From the IMG/VR virus record IMGVR_UViG_3300018471_000116: a stretch of DNA of 5,168 nt; one strand, 5' to 3'. The notes beneath the pieces were generated by a model, which made no database searches, was not told the DNA's origin, and saw only the letters and a program-made list of their open reading frames with translations. Made by a program: the position numbers and the translations under genes. Shown here one piece after another: positions 1 through 5,168 of the stretch. Source of the DNA: a virus. Its lineage: Duplodnaviria > Heunggongvirae > Uroviricota > Caudoviricetes. How positions within the stretch are numbered: the first letter of the stretch is position 1; each line of letters begins with the position of its first letter.

Positions 1-14
1 CGCTCTTCCGATCT
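1..14. other. Sequencing adapter remnant (Illumina TruSeq, reverse complement of AGATCGGAAGAGCG); not biological sequence
   Basis: Positions 1-14 read CGCTCTTCCGATCT, identical to the 3' terminal 14 nt of the TruSeq universal adapter (...ACACGACGCTCTTCCGATCT). Recognised from established knowledge of adapter sequences. Confidence 0.9.
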
Positions 15-47
15 CCTAAATACTTACGCCATCTTTACCCTTACAAG

Positions 48-1166
48 TTGTGGAGAAAAAGCACATCTACACGAGATCTGAATGAGGCGAGAAGATTCAG
101 AAACCATCTGTTATTAGAATGGGAGGAACTAAAGCGGAAACATAATCCTGATAACCCCGAAAGGAGGTTACAAAAAGCTATTGAATCCTTACATTCAGAG
201 GCAAGGGCCAATAAAAACACGCAAAGAGCCGTAAAACGCGGTTATGCATCGCCTTCCCTATGCTTAATACGTGACGAATACGCCGAATGCTACAGAGAGC
301 GTCGTTCATACTCAACACTACAGAAATCAGCAAGGGCCGTTGAGCTATTTTTACAAAGCATTCAGAAAGATGATATTCATATTGAGAAAATAGGCAGACG
401 GCTTGTAACAGTATTCTTAGATGACCAGAAGCAACGAGGAGCAGCCGATCAATCTCGTCAAAACTGGCTTACATGCTTAGGATCGCTCTATGAATTTGCT
501 AAACGCCGTTATGACGGAATACCAGACAGTAACCCTTTTCACGGTCATAACCTCGAAGCACGTCGCACAATCGAGAGTTATCAACCGTTTACACCTGAAC
601 AAATGCAAAAGCTACTTGATGCAGCGGAGCCGGAGATCAGAAATATTATTTTAATGGGCTTGTTTTCAGGATGCAGATTAGACGAACTGGCAAGCCTGAA
701 AAAGTCAGAGGTTGTAACTGTGGAAGGAATACGCTGTTTTTATATCAGCAAGAGTAAGACTAAAGCAGGGATCAGACACGTTCCGATACATTCAAGACTA
801 TCGATTATTGTCGATGAATATTTAAATCATAATTATGGTGAATATTTGTTCCCTCACTCGAACAAAGTAAAAAGAATCGACGGCAAGAAAGGCCCGTTCT
901 ATTCTCAAGCATTCTCACGTTTACGTCGTAGCGTCTTGCCAATCGCTACAGATAGACAATGCTTTCACAGCTTGCGCGGGATGTTTATCACTTGTCTTGA
1001 TCGTGCCGGAGTGCCTGAACAGCGGATCGGAGCCATTACCGGACATACAGAGCAGAGAGCTAAAACAGAAGCCTTTCGCACCTACTCACAAGGGGCAAGC
1101 ATTCCAGAATTAGCTGAATATGTAGAATTAGTAAAATATGAATTAAATATTGATTTTAAGGCGTAA
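48..1166 (+). CDS. int: Tyrosine site-specific recombinase (phage-type integrase); start codon uncertain (TTG at 48, frame open back to the adapter junction at 15)
   Basis: 372-aa ORF. Catalytic-domain signature is readable in the translation: R210 in GCRLDEL (nt 675-677), K237/K239 in SKSKTKAG, H307-x-x-R310 in FHSLRG (nt 966-977), H333 in TGHT, and Y346 in AFRTYSQG (nt 1083-1085). Spacing closely parallels lambda Int (R212, K235, H308, R311, H333, Y342). No in-frame ATG occurs before residue 186 and no clear Shine-Dalgarno precedes the TTG, so the annotated start is tentative. Confidence 0.85.
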   Translation: MWRKSTSTRDLNEARRFRNHLLLEWEELKRKHNPDNPERRLQKAIESLHSEARANKNTQRAVKRGYASPSLCLIRDEYAECYRERRSYSTLQKSARAVELFLQSIQKDDIHIEKIGRRLVTVFLDDQKQRGAADQSRQNWLTCLGSLYEFAKRRYDGIPDSNPFHGHNLEARRTIESYQPFTPEQMQKLLDAAEPEIRNIILMGLFSGCRLDELASLKKSEVVTVEGIRCFYISKSKTKAGIRHVPIHSRLSIIVDEYLNHNYGEYLFPHSNKVKRIDGKKGPFYSQAFSRLRRSVLPIATDRQCFHSLRGMFITCLDRAGVPEQRIGAITGHTEQRAKTEAFRTYSQGASIPELAEYVELVKYELNIDFKA

Positions 1167-1174
1167 AAAATCAT

Positions 1175-1192
1175 AGGCGCTTCATTGCGCCT
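1175..1192. terminator. Hairpin between convergent genes; probable intrinsic terminator, mainly for the minus-strand operon
   Basis: Perfect inverted repeat AGGCGC (1175-1180) / GCGCCT (1187-1192) with 6-nt loop TTCATT. On the minus strand the stem is followed by AUGAUUUUUU (complement of 1165-1174). On the plus strand it is followed by the weaker TGTCCTATTTC. It lies in the 30-nt gap between the int stop (1164-1166) and the 218-aa ORF stop (1197-1199). Confidence 0.5.
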
Positions 1193-1196
1193 TGTC

Positions 1197-1853
1197 CTAT
1201 TTCACTTCTCCGTCATACGTCGGGAGGGTGTCTTTAGTGGTGCTGGCTGTTCCTGCATTGGTTGGCACTCGGCTTTTTACCTGTCCGCCTGTGCTCTTAG
1301 GTGATGCGGTCTTTACAGCAATAGCGTTAGTAGTTGCATAACTCACTAATCTTATCTGTTCGAACTGCAAATCAAACTGTAAAGCTGATTCTGTTTTATA
1401 TTCGTAGTCAATGCCTGTCAGAATCATATTATCAAACGTCTTATGCTCTGTGCTTACAATAATAGGCTGTCTGGCATTCATTATTTCATCAAGATAAGCA
1501 ATAGCCTGTGAACACCTGTTACCGTTCACCCCTGCACTTGATAGCATATCACCACGTAATGCTAATGGTGTTTCTGTAATAATGCCTGAAAGCATAAGTT
1601 TATTATTCTTGATCCTGACATTATCAGATACATCATTACCATCCTGCACAGGATACGATGTAACATCGGCAGAACGTGAAACCTTAGTTGCCGGAACAGC
1701 GTCAAAAGTAATAGCTTTATAACTGGCTATCGTTGATGCATTTTCGTTATTCAGGTTGCTACATATAATGGCAAATCCGTTATCAGATTTAACCTTGCTG
1801 TTAGATGTATTAATGTTAGATGTGCTGTTGATCTGACTTTCTTTGATAGCCAT
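1197..1853 (-). CDS. Hypothetical protein, 218 aa; candidate virion (distal tail / tail-tip type) protein by position only
   Basis: ATG start at 1853-1851 with an AAGGA Shine-Dalgarno about 12 nt upstream on the minus strand (complement of 1863-1867); TAG stop at 1199-1197. Ser/Thr/Asn-rich N- and C-termini and a central region rich in predicted beta-strand-like residues. Same strand as, and 73 nt downstream of, the 633-aa gene. No recognisable catalytic motif. Confidence 0.6.
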   Translation of the reverse strand: MAIKESQINSTSNINTSNSKVKSDNGFAIICSNLNNENASTIASYKAITFDAVPATKVSRSADVTSYPVQDGNDVSDNVRIKNNKLMLSGIITETPLALRGDMLSSAGVNGNRCSQAIAYLDEIMNARQPIIVSTEHKTFDNMILTGIDYEYKTESALQFDLQFEQIRLVSYATTNAIAVKTASPKSTGGQVKSRVPTNAGTASTTKDTLPTYDGEVK

Positions 1854-1875
1854 TTATATTAATCCTTGTGTAATG

Positions 1876-1904
1876 AGCGGAAAGCAATAAATATTGCCCC
1901 CGCT
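1876..1904 (-). other. Intergenic two-tier stem-loop just upstream of the ribosome-binding site of the 218-aa gene
   Basis: Outer stem AGCGG (1876-1880) / CCGCT (1900-1904); inner stem GCAAT (1884-1888) / ATTGC (1893-1897) with loop AAAT. On the plus strand it is followed by a T-rich run (1905-1920). On the minus strand (the transcribed one here) it is not followed by a U-tract and sits about 9 nt 5' of the SD. Confidence 0.3.
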
Positions 1905-1926
1905 TTATTATTAGTTATCGTTAAAC

Positions 1927-3828
1927 TTAGTTAACGCTACTCTGTCCTGACAACGTGCTAAGAATCAGATTCGAACTAAACTGATTGTTGTTCGCTCTGA
2001 TCTCAGTGCGGATTAAATCCTGAAAGCCGGGACCGTTAGGGATGACGTTAACAGAGATCATATCACTCGGCACCGTAACCTGTGCATTCACGTTAACAGG
2101 AGTTGCGTATTGACGTTGTAGGCTTACAGTCGGCTGATAGGCTTCTGCTTTACGTGCAACAAGGGTTGATCCGTAGCTGTTAGCATTGCCATTAATTAAA
2201 TCAGTCCACCACCCTGGAACGCCGGACTGTGTTTCCTCACCGCGCACAATACGCCCTACATCTTTCGTATCGAGTCCAGTTGCATAACGAATACCTTCAT
2301 TGATAATCGTTGATGGCGACCATTCCCCATCTGTAACAGCGTCCATAACCTTTTGTGTCTCAGGTCTGTTATCATTCTCACCACGGCTAAGATGTTTATT
2401 AATCCAGCTTGTGATTTGATTCCCGTAAGAAGTCATAGAGGTCAGTAATACAGCGCCTTGTTTAGCCAAATCCCCGAACGATGCACCAACACCATAAGCT
2501 GCATTCTGTAAGGCTTTGCTTTCTTCCGGTTTGAGTGCTGGCATGTTGGCTATGCCATCAAAGAAGCCCAAAATAGCCTGATTCGATAGTCCATCTGTCA
2601 GACGGTCAAAGGCTGTAGCTGTCTTGTTAGCTGCGCGATATTGCTCTTTCTGTGCTTCTGTCAGTAGCTGCCCGTTGTTTTCCATATCAACCATCGTTTT
2701 ACGGAACTCTTCCCCATCACGGGAAAACATCTTGAGATAATGGCTGGCATCGTCTGCTAATGGTTCGATCAGGGATATGATGGCTTCTTTAGTCATTCCT
2801 CGGCGTTCACCTTCTCTCACCACGTCTTGCAGGAGTTGCAGCGGTCGCCCCTGGTAGGAAGCTATCTTATCTTTGTTCCATGCAAAGGCATTCTGAATAT
2901 CATTTAATGATCCTTCCCCGCCTCGCCACTCTTTTTTCTTACTATCCCATTCAGCAGTTCGGCTTTGATGACCAATGCGTTCGTTTAAGTCTTTGATATT
3001 GTCAGTGGTCTTGTCCACGCTTGCACTTGATACACCGTTTGCCCTCCCCCAATTAACCATTGCAGCCACCTGGTTGGAGTCTGCGCCTACCAGATCGCTC
3101 ATCTTCTGCAATTCCATACGTTCACGGGCTTTTTCCATTCCAGCAGATACAGCCATACTTCCTAAGCCAACGGCAGCGCCGCCGATAATGCCACCAACAC
3201 CGCCCATCATTAACGCGCCACCGCCGCTAACACCTTCTTTGTGGAGCTTCTTAGAAGTAACTGGATATACACCCCCAGCGGCAGCATTACGACGCGTAGC
3301 AGCGGCTGCGGCTCGTCTTTCTAATGTGATGCGGTCACGGATCAGGGCATTCATCTTCGCTTGCGATATAGCGCCGGATTCATAGAGGCGGGTTTGTTCC
3401 TTAATGTAACGTAGAGCATCGTGATATTTCTTAATATCCATCCCTTCGCCATAGCGGGAATTGTTCTTGATGCCTTGTAACTGGCGATATGATGCAAGGC
3501 GCTTGATCTCTGCCTTTTCAGCAATTGAGGCTTGTTTAGCCTGTGCTTTAGCGAGGTTTTTAGCTTCCTGTAGCTTCTGTTTAGTGCTGGCTTTAGATGC
3601 CTGTGTCTCAGATTTAACAGCCCGCTTAACATGCTGATCATGCTGGCGCTGAATCTCTTTTCCCAGCCTCTGTAAATCTTTCTGACGTGCTGCCGCCACT
3701 TGCACAGGTTTGATCCCCTGCATCTTCTTTTGTAGCTTATCCACTTCATTCTTAGCTTTCTGTAAGCTCTTGAAATCAGTGGTAAATGTCACAACATTAC
3801 TAATTCGTGAGGCGGTAATTTCTAACAT
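1927..3828 (-). CDS. Large phage structural-type protein, 633 aa: coiled-coil N-terminal region plus Gly/Ala-rich hydrophobic segment; tape-measure-like (alternatively pilot/ejection-type) protein
   Basis: ATG at 3828-3826 with AGGGAAAC about 10 nt upstream on the minus strand; TAA stop at 1929-1927. Residues about 20-170 are K/Q/A/E-rich with heptad-like character (e.g. KLQEAKNLAKAQAKQASIAEKAEIKR). Residues 171-186 are poly-Ala/Arg. Residues about 200-231 (GGGALMMGGVGGIIGGAAVGLGSMAVSAGM, nt about 3136-3231) form a Gly-rich hydrophobic stretch typical of tape-measure and pilot proteins. The C-terminal about 390 aa looks globular. Product call is by architecture, not homology. Confidence 0.75.
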   Translation of the reverse strand: MLEITASRISNVVTFTTDFKSLQKAKNEVDKLQKKMQGIKPVQVAAARQKDLQRLGKEIQRQHDQHVKRAVKSETQASKASTKQKLQEAKNLAKAQAKQASIAEKAEIKRLASYRQLQGIKNNSRYGEGMDIKKYHDALRYIKEQTRLYESGAISQAKMNALIRDRITLERRAAAAATRRNAAAGGVYPVTSKKLHKEGVSGGGALMMGGVGGIIGGAAVGLGSMAVSAGMEKARERMELQKMSDLVGADSNQVAAMVNWGRANGVSSASVDKTTDNIKDLNERIGHQSRTAEWDSKKKEWRGGEGSLNDIQNAFAWNKDKIASYQGRPLQLLQDVVREGERRGMTKEAIISLIEPLADDASHYLKMFSRDGEEFRKTMVDMENNGQLLTEAQKEQYRAANKTATAFDRLTDGLSNQAILGFFDGIANMPALKPEESKALQNAAYGVGASFGDLAKQGAVLLTSMTSYGNQITSWINKHLSRGENDNRPETQKVMDAVTDGEWSPSTIINEGIRYATGLDTKDVGRIVRGEETQSGVPGWWTDLINGNANSYGSTLVARKAEAYQPTVSLQRQYATPVNVNAQVTVPSDMISVNVIPNGPGFQDLIRTEIRANNNQFSSNLILSTLSGQSSVN

Positions 3829-3852
3829 GTTAATTGTTTCCCTGTATTATGA

Positions 3853-3872
3853 TTATTGTTTGTTATTGTTTT
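3853..3872. repeat. Short AT-rich tandem direct repeat (TTATTGTTTG / TTATTGTTTT), with a third ATTGTTT copy at 3833-3839
   Basis: Read directly: 3853-3862 TTATTGTTTG and 3863-3872 TTATTGTTTT (9/10 identical). Spans the stop codon of the 65-aa ORF and the 5' leader of the 633-aa gene. Low complexity, so may be incidental. Confidence 0.3.
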
Positions 3873-4060
3873 TTAGAGCAATAATATTGGATTGCCTCAA
3901 AAGTGCTGCACCCAGTCTGAAACACACGCTGCCGCACATTATTTGCATCAATTGAAAGCATTCTGCATAAGGCACTGACATTGATTATTGAGTCATCGCT
4001 AATAGCTGCCAGTTCTTTTACAGACTTAAGAATTAATGCCTGTGAATTTTCTGTGTTCAT
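3863..4060 (-). CDS. Small hypothetical protein, 65 aa (possible small operon-leading protein; function unknown)
   Basis: ATG at 4060-4058, TAA stop at 3865-3863, same strand as flanking genes and exactly fills the gap upstream of the 633-aa gene (34-nt spacer). Weak purine-rich SD (GAGAGAAAACCA-ATG). No signal-peptide-like or strongly hydrophobic segment. Short length and weak RBS keep confidence low. Confidence 0.4.
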   Translation of the reverse strand: MNTENSQALILKSVKELAAISDDSIINVSALCRMLSIDANNVRQRVFQTGCSTFEAIQYYCSKKQ

Positions 4061-4211
4061 TGGTTTTCTCTCACATATATATTTTTATTTGGGTTTGTAG
4101 ACAGTAGAAAAACAAAAAGGGCAAAGAGATTCGTTACTGTATTTGCGCCTACAGGTTAGTTAATCCCTTTACCCTTATTGCCCCGATGGGGAATCGTCTA
4201 TTAACGCTTTA

Positions 4212-5136
4212 TTACGCAGCAGATCCGAAGATGATAGCTTGCGGAATGTTGTTTACTGGCAGATAAGATGTCTCAGTAACCACAGATGGGAATTGGAATT
4301 CATCCTTGATTAGATATTGGTGATGCAACACGGCATCTTGACCTAACTCAGCATGACGCACACCAACGCCGCTATGAAGCTGGTAACACTGTGCCGCTTT
4401 ATCCATTACCGGAACAATTGCGAAACCGTTCTCTCCGATGTGAGCAACAATCTCAGGAAACATTGACACATCAATAACAGTGATCCCACCAATCTGGAAA
4501 GAGTCATAGGCTGGGTTAGAATCAACCATACGGGTAAACAGGGCCGTAGCACTCGCATCGCCTGCATATTTCACCATGTCACTGATCAGCGGGTTAGATG
4601 ACAAACCATCAGCAGCAGTGCCAGCAGCAAAGATAATTACACCAGTTCGCTTTGCAGCAAGACCAGACCCCAGCTTTTCACTCTGTAAGCGCACCGCTTT
4701 ACGAATAGCAAGGAACGGGTTAACAGTAGTCGATGCAAAGTCGATAGCGGGTACCGTGGTTTTAGCCTGACCGTCGAGGAAGTCGAGATCACCTTGTCCG
4801 GCATATTCAGATTCAACTTTCAGGCCCAGCAGCGCGGTAATCAGATCCACTTCAACACGGTTTGCGTGTGAACGGTAATGAGCCTCAGAGAAATCATTAA
4901 CCGCTACCAGCATAGCATCAGAACGGTTTGGATATTGGCGGCTGTATTGTTCCAGGTCACGAGAAGTAACAGCGTTAATACTGCCGACGTGTTTCATCTG
5001 GAAAAGTTTGTTTGACCATTCCTGACGTTTAGAGGCGTTCCAGTCGCTTTGAGCGTAAGGCGAGGTTTCCCCAGCTACCTGCACAAACTGATCAATCAGG
5101 TCGGTAAGAAGAATGCTGTTTTCTGTATGATATTGC
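4212..5136 (-). CDS. Phage structural-type protein, 5'-truncated at the adapter junction (at least 308 real residues); major capsid or major tail/sheath candidate
   Basis: Uninterrupted minus-strand ORF from the contig edge to the TAA stop at 4214-4212. The first six residues of the six-frame translation (MCSSDL, 5153-5136) are encoded by adapter sequence, so the true N-terminus and start codon are missing. Composition is Ala/Gly/Ser/Thr/Val-rich with no P-loop or catalytic motif, consistent with a virion structural protein. Identity not resolvable without a homology or structure search. Confidence 0.7.
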
Positions 5137-5168
5137 AGATCGGAAGAGCACACGTCTGAACTCCAGTC
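5137..5168. other. Sequencing adapter (Illumina TruSeq indexed adapter / read-1 read-through sequence); not biological sequence
   Basis: Positions 5137-5168 read AGATCGGAAGAGCACACGTCTGAACTCCAGTC, the first 32 nt of the standard TruSeq adapter AGATCGGAAGAGCACACGTCTGAACTCCAGTCA. Confidence 0.95.

Noticed and set aside
2975-3385. Plus-strand ORF of 136 aa
   Set aside because: Lies entirely antisense within the 633-aa gene. Its Pro/Ala-rich translation (PTAAPPIMPPTPPIINAPPP) is the mirror image of the Gly/Ala-rich codons on the coding strand. No RBS context; judged a spurious antisense ORF.
3351-3749. Minus-strand ORF of 132 aa
   Set aside because: Alternate frame of the same strand inside the 633-aa gene. 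Its extremely Arg/Lys-rich translation is typical of a shifted frame through a Lys/Glu/Ala-rich coiled-coil coding region. No independent start signals.
3710-3955. Plus-strand ORF of 81 aa
   Set aside because: Overlaps the 5' end of the 633-aa gene and most of the 65-aa ORF on the opposite strand, within AT-rich sequence. Hydrophobic low-complexity translation with no RBS; opposite orientation to the operon.
4181-4191. CCCC-GAT-GGGG hairpin just downstream of the structural gene stop
   Set aside because: Only a 4-bp stem and no U-tract on the transcribed strand, so too weak to call a terminator on its own; mentioned only as part of the spacer finding.
4576-4770. Plus-strand ORF of 64 aa
   Set aside because: Fully nested antisense within the long structural ORF 4212..5136; no supporting signals.
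1-5168. Possibility that this is a complete small circular phage genome (microvirus-like size, Gly-rich pilot-like protein)
   Set aside because: Both ends are adapter sequence and share no terminal overlap. A clear tyrosine integrase is present, which microviruses generally lack, and a structural gene is truncated at the right end. The size is an artefact of the contig break.
1-5168. Search for a defence or other enzymatic system (P-loop NTPase Walker A GxxxxGK[ST], HNH/PD-(D/E)xK-like nuclease motifs, toxin-antitoxin pairs, CRISPR repeats, tRNA or att core repeats)
   Set aside because: None of the five ORFs contains a Walker A or obvious nuclease motif, there are no spaced direct repeats of CRISPR type, and no tRNA-like sequence or duplicated att core was found by eye. 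The content is best explained as integrase plus virion genes.

Overview
The window is a 5,122-bp insert (15..5136) flanked at both termini by Illumina TruSeq adapter sequence (1..14 and 5137..5168), so both contig ends are artificial. The real sequence looks like a fragment of a temperate phage, prophage or satellite-type integrative element. It holds a plus-strand tyrosine integrase (48..1166) with a recognisable catalytic signature, converging on a minus-strand module of four ORFs: a 5'-truncated structural-type protein (4212..5136), a 65-aa ORF, a 633-aa protein with a coiled-coil region plus a Gly/Ala-rich hydrophobic segment (tape-measure-like or pilot/ejection-like), and a 218-aa Ser/Thr/Asn-rich protein. 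A hairpin terminator sits in the 30-bp gap between the convergent integrase and 218-aa genes. I found no rRNA, tRNA, CRISPR array, P-loop ATPase or nuclease motif, and nothing I can defend as a defence system. Product calls other than the integrase rest on composition and gene order only, since no homology search could be run. The most unusual aspects are the adapter-derived artefacts (including a fake MCSSDL N-terminus) and the compact layout in which the tape-measure-like gene is followed by a single small gene and then the integrase, with no host-recognition genes between them.
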